DNA of 42,112 nt, from NCBI GenBank assembly GCA_964537405.1, contig CAZIBS010000004.1:1-42112 (forward strand). The letters run 5' to 3'. The translations under genes were made by a program, and so were the position numbers. The first letter of the stretch is position 1, and every line of letters begins with the position of its first letter. The DNA is from an uncultured Thermoanaerobaculia bacterium (GTDB lineage: Bacteria > Acidobacteriota > UBA4820 > DSQY01). Of this stretch, positions 1 through 7,952 are shown piece after piece. A model generated the notes under the pieces. It had not been told where the DNA came from. It did no database searches and worked only from the letters and a program-made list of their open reading frames with translations.

Positions 1-194
1 ATGTCCGTTATGCAGCCTGAGCCCAGTGTCAACTATACGTGTGTCGGGGTAGTAAGTGGCTTTGGATAAGAAGTGACAGGCAGGATGCCTGTCCCACAGT
101 GGAGTTCGAGATTTTCGAGCCGAAGTCCGACAAGGAAGTACCAAGCGGAACGGTAACGCACGCCAAGGCCACGTGCCTTTGCTGCAATATGGTT

Positions 195-728
195 CTACCA
201 CCGGACCGCGTGCGTGCGCAACTCACTAAACAGCGCGGCGGCGCCCCTTCGCGGAAGGTGTGCGGTGCCGCCCCACCCGGTGAAGAAGCCCAACTTTGGA
301 CCGGGATGACCCAGCACGGCGCGTGGTCCGGCGATACGATAGTCGCAAGCGAGCAGAAAATCCAGGCCTCCGCCCAAGGACGCCCCCTCCGGGCAAGCAA
401 CGAACCAGAGTTTGGAGGTTCGCATTGCCCTGAACAGTCCCTGGCCCGCCGAGGAAAAATCAAGGGCATCCCACGCTCCCAGGCCGCCGAGTTCCTCGAA
501 GTCGGCGCCGGCGAGAAAGGTTCCCGCATAGGAGGAGGTGAATGCCACCCAGCGCAGGCCGGGCATTTCAGACCACCTGCCAAGGGCCGATTCGAGCAGC
601 TTCAAGTTTGTTGTCTTTAGAAGGGGAGGGCGTTTACCGCCGCAGAAAACGACGTGAAGACCGCCCGCCGGAAGCGAGGCGGCTTCTCTAAAGAATGGTT
701 CTCCGGAAGCCCGCCGCGATAGGGTCAT
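195..728 (-). pseudogene. Enoyl-CoA hydratase/isomerase (crotonase) family, apparently disrupted by an in-frame TAG
   Basis: The translation has the crotonase core (FLAGADFEEL ... ASLGGGLDFLLACDYRIAGPRAVLGHPGPKLGFFTGWGGTAHLPRRG), matching the FxAGxDl ... alGGGcElalaCDiRia ... fglPE ... GliPgaGGTqrLpR pattern. The ORF stops at a TAG (+195-197), about 90 aa short of a normal crotonase C-terminus. The same frame continues past the TAG with crotonase-like IAAKARGLGV. Its start overlaps the stop of the upstream B12-domain gene. Confidence 0.5.
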
Positions 729-734
729 GGATGG

Positions 735-1154
735 TCAGCCGCGGGTTGCCGCCCGCTTCGGTTCCACCTCTTCCTTGAGGAAGGCGACCACGTCTCCAGT
801 CGCGGTTCCGGGAGTAAAGACCTTCGCCACCCCGGCTTCAAGAAGACCCTGGATGTCTTCATCCGGAATGATGCCCCCTCCGAAGACGATTATGTCGTCG
901 GCGCCGTTTTCTCGCAGCAGTTTAATAATCTTCGGAAAAAGCGTGTTGTGGGCGCCGGAGAGGATGGAAAGCCCGATGGCATCGACATCTTCCTGGAGGG
1001 CCGTTGCCACGACCTGCTCGGGTGTCTGGTGCAAACCCGTATAGATGATCTCGTAACCCGCGTCGCGAAGGGCGCGGGCGATGATTTTTGCACCGCGATC
1101 GTGGCCGTCCAGGCCAACCTTTCCGATCAGAAGCTTCAACCGTCGTCCAGCCAT
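735..1154 (-). CDS. Stand-alone cobalamin (B12)-binding domain protein of the methylmalonyl-CoA mutase C-terminal domain type (small subunit)
   Basis: The 139-aa protein carries the canonical GLDGHDRGAKIIARAL ... DVDAIGLSILSGAH ... IVFGGGIIP signature of the MCM C-terminal B12-binding domain. A strong RBS (AGGAGGGAG) precedes the ATG at 1154. No mutase large subunit is adjacent. Confidence 0.8.
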   Translation of the reverse strand: MAGRRLKLLIGKVGLDGHDRGAKIIARALRDAGYEIIYTGLHQTPEQVVATALQEDVDAIGLSILSGAHNTLFPKIIKLLRENGADDIIVFGGGIIPDEDIQGLLEAGVAKVFTPGTATGDVVAFLKEEVEPKRAATRG

Positions 1155-1368
1155 TAACTCCCTCCTAAAAGATTATTATACTGTATTAGCAGGCTGAGAT
1201 AAAGTCATGTTCTCACCCTAAATCCACCACCTAAACCTGGATTCGCCTGCCTACCGCGTTGCGTGCAGGTGCGGCCTTTCCGCGCACCGGAGTGGGCCTT
1301 GAGCTTTTACTGGTTTTAGCTTATTGTAAATGTCTGTGCCCTGGCGGGCGATCGAGGTGGAGGGATCC

Positions 1369-2745
1369 ATGTACTGGTACTGGATTTGGATTGCAATTAT
1401 AGTCGTTGCCGTAGCCGTTTTAGTCGTCGTCTGGGCGAAGAGTTACCGGAAGGTCGGGCCGAACCAGGTGCTGGTCATCTCCGGTCGCACTTCAACCGTT
1501 ACGGGGCTGGACGGAAGGATCAAGAAAGTGGGGTACAGGCTCCAGGTGGGCGGCGGCACTCTGGTTGTGCCCTTCCTTGAGACAGTGGATGTTCTGCCCC
1601 TTGAAGTCTTTTCTCTCTCCATCAAGTGTCCGGAGGTTCTAACGGCGCAGGGAGTACTGATCACCGCCGAGGCGCAAGGCCAGATCAAGATTTGCTCCGA
1701 TGAGCCGTTGCTGCACAGGGCGGTGGAAAACTTCTTGTCGAAGGGTGCTTCCGGCATTACCTACGTGGCCCAAGAGGTTCTCGAAGGCCACGCACGCGGC
1801 ATCCTGGGTACAATGTCGGTGGAAGAGGTCTACGAGCAGCGCGAACACTTCTCTGAACTCGTGCGGGAGGCCGCGGCGGAAGATTACAGCCGGCTCGGCC
1901 TGGAACTCGTCTCCTTCTCGCTGAAGGATATAAGCGATACGCAGGACTACATTGCTTCCGTTGGTTCGCGGCGAATCGCGGAGGTCAGGCGCGACGCCGT
2001 CATCGCCAAGGCGGAGACGGAGCGCGATGCCTCCATTCGTTCGGCGGAGTATCGGAAGGAAGGAGACGTTGCCAAGCTCAAGGCCGAAGCGGAACTGGCA
2101 AGGGCGACGCGTGATTTCGAGGTCCAACGGGCGGAATACCAGATGGCTGTTAATGTCAAACGGGCGGGGGCGGACGTGGCTTACGACATTGAGCGTGCCA
2201 AGCTCTCGCGTGAGCTGAAGGAGCAGGAATACAACGTTCGCATCACCGAAAAGAAGATGGCCGCAAAGGTCGAGGAAGCGGAAGTCGCTCGGCGCGAGAT
2301 GGAACTCGAAGCCACCGTCAGGCGTCCGGCCGAGGCGATGAAGGATCAGGCAAAACTTGAAGCGGAGAGCGAAGCGTACCGCCTTGAACTCCAGGCGAAG
2401 GGCAAAGCAGCCGGCATCAAGCTGGCTGGACAGGCCGAAGCGTCGGCCATGCGGGACAAGGCGGAAGCGTGGCACGAGTACGGCGACGCAGCCTTCAGGG
2501 AGATGGCCATAAAGGGCCTGCCGGAACTCGCCCGCGCCGTTTCCGAGCCACTCTCCAAGGTGGACAAGATAATCATGGTTGGCAACGGCGACGGCGTTTC
2601 CAGGCTAACCGGGCAGGTCGCCTCGATCCTTGCGCAGCTTCCGGAGATCGTTGAAAACCTCTCCGGCATCAAGCTTCAGAACCTGGTGGGCGGCGCCGGT
2701 AAGTCCAAGGAAGAAGAGAAGAACCCGAAGGCCGATAAGACTTAA
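1369..2745 (+). CDS. Flotillin-like SPFH/band-7 protein
   Basis: It has an N-terminal TM helix (YWYWIWIAIIVVAVAVLVVVWA) and an SPFH core (VLVISGR ... LQVGGGTLVVPFLETV). A long Ala/Glu/Lys-rich coiled-coil follows (EAELARATRDFEVQRAEYQMAV ...), typical of flotillins. The start was chosen at ATG 1369, which has a GAGGTGGAGGG RBS; the ORF track start at 1330 is an alternative. Confidence 0.85.
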   Translation: MYWYWIWIAIIVVAVAVLVVVWAKSYRKVGPNQVLVISGRTSTVTGLDGRIKKVGYRLQVGGGTLVVPFLETVDVLPLEVFSLSIKCPEVLTAQGVLITAEAQGQIKICSDEPLLHRAVENFLSKGASGITYVAQEVLEGHARGILGTMSVEEVYEQREHFSELVREAAAEDYSRLGLELVSFSLKDISDTQDYIASVGSRRIAEVRRDAVIAKAETERDASIRSAEYRKEGDVAKLKAEAELARATRDFEVQRAEYQMAVNVKRAGADVAYDIERAKLSRELKEQEYNVRITEKKMAAKVEEAEVARREMELEATVRRPAEAMKDQAKLEAESEAYRLELQAKGKAAGIKLAGQAEASAMRDKAEAWHEYGDAAFREMAIKGLPELARAVSEPLSKVDKIIMVGNGDGVSRLTGQVASILAQLPEIVENLSGIKLQNLVGGAGKSKEEEKNPKADKT

Positions 2746-2820
2746 AATAAACGGCGTTCAGACCATGGAGAACGGCGATGGTGTCCGGGTCTCCGTGGGG
2801 GATTTTAAGGCGAGGCTGAT

Positions 2821-5160
2821 ATGCTCTCGGACCGTGTTAACCGTATCGGGTTTTCTCCAACGCTGCGAATAACGGCTAAGGCCAAACAGATGCGGGTTCA
2901 GGGAATCGACGTGGTGGACTTTTCGGTGGGGGAACCGGATTTTAATACCCCGGAAGCCGTCAAACGCGCGGCCAAGGCCGCTCTGGACGCCGACTTTACC
3001 AAGTACACCGCTAACGACGGTATACCGGAACTCAGGGCGGCCATCTGCGAAAAGCTGGAACGCGACAACAACCTCAAGTATGCCCCCAACGAGATAATCG
3101 TTTCGCCCGGCGCAAAAAACGACCTCTTCAACCTCATGCAGGCCCTGGTCGGTCCCGGCGACGACGTGATTGTTCCAACGCCATGCTGGGTCTCTTATCC
3201 TGACCAGGTAAGACTTGCGGGGGCGAACCCGGTTTTCGTGGAGACTCACGAGAACGAGGGCTTTCGCCTGGACGCGGGGGCGCTCTCCGACTCGGTGACT
3301 CCGAACACGAAGGCTATTATCCTCAACTATCCCTGCAATCCCACCGGGGCTTCCTACTCCAGGAAAGACCTGGAGGCGCTTGCCGAAGTCTGTCTCCGGG
3401 AGCAGATTTGGGTTGTAGCGGACGAAATATATGAGAAGCTTCTCTACGACGGGATGCGATTTACATCCATCGCCTCCGTGAGCGAGGCGATGAAAAAGTT
3501 GACCATAGTCGTGAACGGCTTTTCCAAGGCCTTTTCCATGACGGGTTGGAGGCTCGGTTACGCCGCCGGGCCGAGGGAAGTCATCGCGGCGTGCGGCAAG
3601 ATACAGTCCCACAACACCAGCAACGCCACCTCCTTCGTGCAGAAAGCCGCCGTAACGGCGCTTACCTCCTGTGCAATGGACGTGGAACGAATGCGACAGG
3701 AGTTCGAACGGCGCAGAAATTTTATGGTCGGCAAGCTGAGGAACCTACCGGAAGTGAGCTGCGTTTCGCCCTCCGGCGCCTTCTACCTGTTGCCGAATGT
3801 TAAAAGTTACCTTGGCAAGGAATACAAGGGCGCTCCCATCCGCAATTCCTACGGCCTCGCCTACTACCTCCTCAAGGAGGCCGCGGTTGCCGTGGTGCCC
3901 GGTGGCGCCTTCATGGCCGACGATTTTATTCGGGTCTCTTTTTCCACCTCCATGGATAGGCTCCAGGAGGGCGCCCGCAGAATCCGGGAGGCGCTTACGC
4001 GCCTCGAAGAACCTCGCCATGTGCGGCCGAGGGCGCTCAACAACGTTATCACCAAGGTTCGGGACTACGTAGAAACGCGCGCCGTCGCCGGGGCAGAGGA
4101 GCGAAACGAGCTGCTTGCCCTGGCGGAGCGCAGCCTCAAGCCGGACGCCTACTTTGAATGGAACGCGGTCATCGCGGGGGCGGTGGTCCAGTTGAGGACC
4201 AACTCCCCACACTTGGCGGACTTCTACCAGGAGAACTTCTATCCCTCGTCCCTCGAAAGCGACCTGGAACCGCACGCGGTTCTGTACGCCGTCAAGGATG
4301 TCGCCGATCGCGAAGCCCAGGCCCGCCTTAGCCTTGAAACGGGAACCGCCTATCTATTTAACTCGGCCTACTACGGTCAGGCCCGGATCCTCGCCCTCGC
4401 CCTCGCCGGCGAAGCTGCCTCCCGCGTATCGGGCGTTTTCCTTGCTCACTGCTCGGCGCTCGATAGAGACGGCCGCGGCGTTCTCGTCTGGGGGCTTCCG
4501 GGTTCGGGAAGAACCGGAGTGCTCGGCGCAGCGCTACACGCGGACGGAGTCAGGATGGTCGCCGGCGATGATATCATGGTGCGCTACACGACCTCCGGCC
4601 CCGTGGCCGACCTCCCGGAGAGAAAGTTCTACCTCAAGGCAAAGTGGGCAAAGTACCTTGGTGAAATCGACCGGCTGGCCGTAAGGTCAAAGGTGGAGAA
4701 CGCGGTGGTAAGAAGGGAGCAGTGTTCTATCGAATACTGTTCCGAACAGGACGTCTGCCCTCTGGATCTGGGAGCGGCGTGGTGCGGCAAGGCCTCCACT
4801 CACGGGCGCGTCATGCTGGATCCCTACTGGCTGGGCTGCGCCACGCGCCACGTTCGCAGGACCGCGCCGAAGCTGTGCGCCATCCTTGTGAATGACCCGG
4901 TCATACCGGCTCTCAAAGACCTTTCCCCGGGAGAAGCCGCGAGGTTGATCTCCGGCAACGGGAGTTCGGGAAGCGCCATTTTTGACCCTTCCCTTGCCGG
5001 CGCCATGGATCTTTCGCACCGGGACGCCCTTTTGACCCGCCACGAGGAACTCTTCGCCGGAACGAAGACCGTTCTCCTCAACACCGCCGTGGGTACGCCG
5101 GAGAGCGCCGCCGAACGGCTCCTGGACCTCTTGCCGGGGCCCGAACCCCGCTATGGTTGA
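2821..5160 (+). CDS. Class-I/II aspartate aminotransferase (aa 1 to about 395) fused to an HprK-like P-loop kinase-fold domain (aa about 400-779)
   Basis: The N-terminal half is a complete AspAT-type transaminase (GEPDFNTPEAVKRAA ... NYPCNPTG ... NGFSKAFSMTGWRLGY with the PLP lysine ... FIRVSF). The C-terminal half matches the HPr kinase/phosphorylase core layout (LAHCSALDRDGRGVLVWGLPGSGRTGVLGAALHADGVRMVAGDDIMV, compare HASaV ... GvLitGdSGvGKSe ... RGHrLVaDD). Its Walker-A reads GSGRT, with Arg in place of the canonical Lys. It is a single uninterrupted 779-codon frame. Confidence 0.8.
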   Translation: MLSDRVNRIGFSPTLRITAKAKQMRVQGIDVVDFSVGEPDFNTPEAVKRAAKAALDADFTKYTANDGIPELRAAICEKLERDNNLKYAPNEIIVSPGAKNDLFNLMQALVGPGDDVIVPTPCWVSYPDQVRLAGANPVFVETHENEGFRLDAGALSDSVTPNTKAIILNYPCNPTGASYSRKDLEALAEVCLREQIWVVADEIYEKLLYDGMRFTSIASVSEAMKKLTIVVNGFSKAFSMTGWRLGYAAGPREVIAACGKIQSHNTSNATSFVQKAAVTALTSCAMDVERMRQEFERRRNFMVGKLRNLPEVSCVSPSGAFYLLPNVKSYLGKEYKGAPIRNSYGLAYYLLKEAAVAVVPGGAFMADDFIRVSFSTSMDRLQEGARRIREALTRLEEPRHVRPRALNNVITKVRDYVETRAVAGAEERNELLALAERSLKPDAYFEWNAVIAGAVVQLRTNSPHLADFYQENFYPSSLESDLEPHAVLYAVKDVADREAQARLSLETGTAYLFNSAYYGQARILALALAGEAASRVSGVFLAHCSALDRDGRGVLVWGLPGSGRTGVLGAALHADGVRMVAGDDIMVRYTTSGPVADLPERKFYLKAKWAKYLGEIDRLAVRSKVENAVVRREQCSIEYCSEQDVCPLDLGAAWCGKASTHGRVMLDPYWLGCATRHVRRTAPKLCAILVNDPVIPALKDLSPGEAARLISGNGSSGSAIFDPSLAGAMDLSHRDALLTRHEELFAGTKTVLLNTAVGTPESAAERLLDLLPGPEPRYG

Positions 5161-5204
5161 TTCGGATAGCCGTGAAAAGCTCAACATATCGGATGTTCGG
5201 TAAA

Positions 5205-5237
5205 ATGGTGTTTCACTCATCAAGGGATTGGTAGCCT
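5205..5237 (-). repeat. Partial (about 30 bp) terminal fragment of the roughly 100-bp MITE-like element (see 9303-9402, 38174-38270)
   Basis: GGTGTTTCACTCATCAAGGGATTGG matches the reverse complement of the copy-B end (GGTGTTTTACCCATCAAGGGATTGGGG). Confidence 0.45.
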
Positions 5238-5384
5238 TCTGGCCGAAGGCCAGGAAGGCGCCAAGGGCGGGGTAGGAAGTAGTTGTTCCCTCTCCATTCC
5301 AAGAGATGCTTTTTTTCCCGGTAGAAACACCCGCGATTCGAAGACGCTGGCGTTTCAATCGCGGAGATTAGGTGGAAAGGAGCC

Positions 5385-6026
5385 ATGGAGAATACCCGCG
5401 CGGAAGAGATCGCTAATAGTATCACGCACGGACTAGGCGCAATTTTGAGCGTTGCGGGTGTATCGGTTCTCCTCAGCTTCGCTGTTTTGAGGGGAGGAGG
5501 GGCGTGGGTGGTTGTCGCTTGCAGCGTCTACGGCGCGAGCCTCGTGCTGCTCTATACCACTTCCACGCTCTACCACAGCTTTCCCTGGCCGGGAGTGAAA
5601 AGGCTCTTTCGGGTGCTGGACCACTCAGCCATCTTCATCCTGATAGCGGGCACCTACACCCCCTTTACACTCGTGTCGCTTCGTGGAGAGTGGGGATGGA
5701 GTCTCTTCGGAGTCATGTGGGGTCTCGCCATACTTGGCATTTCCACAAAGCCCTTTACCATTGATCGAATCCCTTTCTTATCCACCGTCATATACGTAGC
5801 GATGGGATGGATGATCGTCATCGCTATAAAGCCCGTTCTGGCTGCCGTTCCCGTGCTGGGACTGGTCTATATCTTCGCCGGCGGCATGGCTTACACACTG
5901 GGCACCATTTTCTACGGATGGAAACGATTGCCGCTCCACCACGCCCTTTGGCACCTCTTCGTACTCGCGGGAAGCATCCTCCACTTCTTAGCCGTGTGGG
6001 TCTCCGTCATTCCGGCCGCAAGGTGA
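5385..6026 (+). CDS. Hemolysin-III family (PAQR/YqfA-like) membrane channel protein
   Basis: The 213-aa protein has 7 predicted TM segments. The N-terminal EEIANSITHGLGA motif and C-terminal HALWHLFVLAGSILHF histidines are characteristic of HlyIII. An RBS (GGAAAGGAG) precedes the ATG. Confidence 0.85.
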   Translation: MENTRAEEIANSITHGLGAILSVAGVSVLLSFAVLRGGGAWVVVACSVYGASLVLLYTTSTLYHSFPWPGVKRLFRVLDHSAIFILIAGTYTPFTLVSLRGEWGWSLFGVMWGLAILGISTKPFTIDRIPFLSTVIYVAMGWMIVIAIKPVLAAVPVLGLVYIFAGGMAYTLGTIFYGWKRLPLHHALWHLFVLAGSILHFLAVWVSVIPAAR

Positions 6027-6206
6027 CCATACTGTGCCGGGAGAAGATAGAAACGGGGTCCGCGTCCTCGGTCGCGATGTTGGCCGGGGTCTTGCTTGCC
6101 CTCCGGAAGACGATGTTGACGAGGGCCGGGCCGCCCTCCCCTTCGCGCAGAAATGTTTGGGTCGGCCGTAACAAGGATTCGGCCGATCAACGATCGGCCT
6201 CCGGAG

Positions 6207-6371
6207 CCGCAAGCACTCATCCAGCCGTCGGGGTAATCCTTCCCACTCACATCAGGAACTCATGCTTCGTGGTATTCACCAGGAAAAAACTTGGCCATGG
6301 GGGTAACTCCTCAATTCCCAACGCACTACGAACCCTGTATCATCCGTTTTTAGCTGGAAGACCCACTTTAA
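6207..6371 (-). repeat. Copy 1 of a roughly 165-bp interspersed repeat, inverted relative to copy 2 at 25480-25648
   Basis: The reverse complement of 6207-6371 aligns end-to-end with 25480-25648 at about 85% identity (GGGTCTTCCAGCTAAAAACG ... GGTTCGTARTGCGTTGGG ... GAGTTCCTGA ... GTGGGAAGG ... ACCCCGACGGCT ... GATGAGTGCTTGCGG). The substitutions are mostly nonsynonymous in any shared frame and frames diverge at the ends, so it is not a conserved CDS. Confidence 0.6.
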
Positions 6372-6624
6372 GGCCCGGAGAGAATCGACGATAGGGCCGG
6401 CGCTGACCACCAGAACGTCCCAGCAGCGTTCGGTAACCGCGTCGAGAGGCAGTTGGAGAAGGTCGTTCGTTTTTATTTAATCTCGCGGTACAACCGTGGC
6501 CATTCACCCATTCGGCTTGTTCCAACTTGGACCACCGCCCCCGATTAATTCAGAATCCGTTGCGTGACCCTATTCGTGCAACGGGCTCTTCAGTGGTGCC
6601 AATTAAGCGAAGGTGCGGGAGCTG

Positions 6625-6652
6625 AAAAAGGGCGGGCATTTGCCCGCCCCTG
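6625..6652 (-). terminator. Rho-independent terminator downstream of the fadL-lipase operon
   Basis: The minus strand reads GGGGCGGGCAAATGCCCGCCC followed by TTTTTC. This is a 9-bp GC stem plus a T-tract placed 20 bp after the lipase stop. Confidence 0.6.
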
Positions 6653-6671
6653 TCACCGGATTAGCCCCTTT

Positions 6672-7934
6672 CTAATGTCTCCGAAGAACGGGGTTCTGCG
6701 TCAGAATATCGAGGCTCTTCAAAGGTATGTCCGGCAGGACCACGTCCCTGGTGCTTGCGTAGCCCATCGGATCGGCGGCGCTGACGCTCTCAACGTTAAC
6801 CTTAGGTATGTGGGTTCCGTAGAAGTGGTTGACTTTGCCGATGAACCAGTTGGCGACGATGGCCTGGCCGGTCGGCGTGGGGTGAACGCCGTCAAGTCCG
6901 AAGATGCCTCCCAGGAACTTCGTGGTAAGCTTTTGGCCGTCGGGCATTGTGTACCCGTTCTTAACCAGCTTTTTGAACCGCTTGTGGATGTCCACAACCG
7001 GGAAACCGAAGGTGGCGCCGACCTGCTTGATGTAACTATTGTCTGCGTGGATTATGGCCCTGATCTGAAGAAGCTCCGCCCTGGTCAGGATTTCGTTTGG
7101 ATCAAGGGGCCCGGGATCCTTTCCTTCCATTATCTTTTTGATGTGCTTGTGGGAGAAAGGGGTGACGTAGTCCCTCTGGGTGATTCCCAGCTTCTTGAGG
7201 GGAAACCCGTGTTTTTCGAGGTAACGGCCGCTTGTCATCATGGGGATGGAAACAACGTCGGGAATGGTGGCAAGCACCATCCCGGCGCCGGTCGCGGCGA
7301 TTGTCTGTACGCTGGCCCCGTAGACCTGGGCAAAGACGGATGCGGGTACCGTGAAAGCGGGGTTCCCCAAAGCCGCTCCGCCGAGCACGTCGTTGCCCCC
7401 TATCCATAAGATCACGAAGGTCGGATGGAGCTGCGTGGCGAGTCCCACCTGGCTCAGGGGCGGGTAACCATCGATGTAGACCCACGGGAAGCCGAGGATT
7501 ATGTCGGTGATGTCGGAGGGTTGGGCGTTTGGTTTCTTCGTCAGCAGGTCGATCGAAGTCTGGCCGGGAACCGCCAGGTCGGTCGGCTGGTTCAGGGGGT
7601 TGATAAGGCTGCCCATTGTTTTACCGTCTTCAACTATGATCGGGAAGCCCGTAACCGGATCGAAGCCCTGGAGTCTCAGGGCGATGGGCATACCCGGATA
7701 GCTGATAAGCGGCAGGCTGAGCCGCTCTCCGGCCTGCTCGGCGAAGAGTTCGGCGTAGGAGCGGGGTTGGCCGTACTGGTTCAGGGAACCGTTGTAGTAG
7801 CCGGCGGAGAGGCTGTCCCCCAGGACGAGGATGTTGCTGAAATCGGGTGCGTTGGTACTTTTAGATTGAGCGAAGAGGGGCAGGGCCGGTAAGAGCCCGA
7901 CCGCCAGTAGAAAAAATAGCTTTTTGATCCACAT
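6672..7934 (-). CDS. Secreted SGNH/GDSL-family lipase/esterase
   Basis: It has a signal peptide (MWIKKLFFLLAVGLLPALPLFAQS) and GDSL block I (ILVLGDSLSAGYY). The C-terminal DGVHPTPTG supplies the catalytic Asp-x-x-His. An AGGAGG RBS precedes the ATG at 7934. Confidence 0.85.
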   Translation of the reverse strand: MWIKKLFFLLAVGLLPALPLFAQSKSTNAPDFSNILVLGDSLSAGYYNGSLNQYGQPRSYAELFAEQAGERLSLPLISYPGMPIALRLQGFDPVTGFPIIVEDGKTMGSLINPLNQPTDLAVPGQTSIDLLTKKPNAQPSDITDIILGFPWVYIDGYPPLSQVGLATQLHPTFVILWIGGNDVLGGAALGNPAFTVPASVFAQVYGASVQTIAATGAGMVLATIPDVVSIPMMTSGRYLEKHGFPLKKLGITQRDYVTPFSHKHIKKIMEGKDPGPLDPNEILTRAELLQIRAIIHADNSYIKQVGATFGFPVVDIHKRFKKLVKNGYTMPDGQKLTTKFLGGIFGLDGVHPTPTGQAIVANWFIGKVNHFYGTHIPKVNVESVSAADPMGYASTRDVVLPDIPLKSLDILTQNPVLRRH

Positions 7935-7952
7935 CTTTAGCCTCCTGATAGG

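Noticed and set aside
39-620. A 193-aa + strand ORF at the start of the window
   Set aside because: It lies antisense to the crotonase-family gene (195-728, minus) whose translation has unmistakable family motifs. The + strand product is low-complexity (Gly/Ala/Arg/Pro-rich) and has no RBS.
5807-6394. 195-aa (+) and 61-aa (25538-25723, minus) ORFs sharing the peptide AASTH.AVGV.LPTH.RNS
   Set aside because: The similarity is at the nucleotide level, from the 165-bp repeat. Substitutions between copies are mostly nonsynonymous and the reading frames diverge at both ends, so it is a shared DNA element rather than a conserved small protein.
6564-7409. A 281-aa + strand ORF
   Set aside because: It is entirely antisense to the GDSL lipase gene, which has a signal peptide, GDSLS and DxxH motifs. 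This is a typical long antisense ORF in GC-rich DNA.
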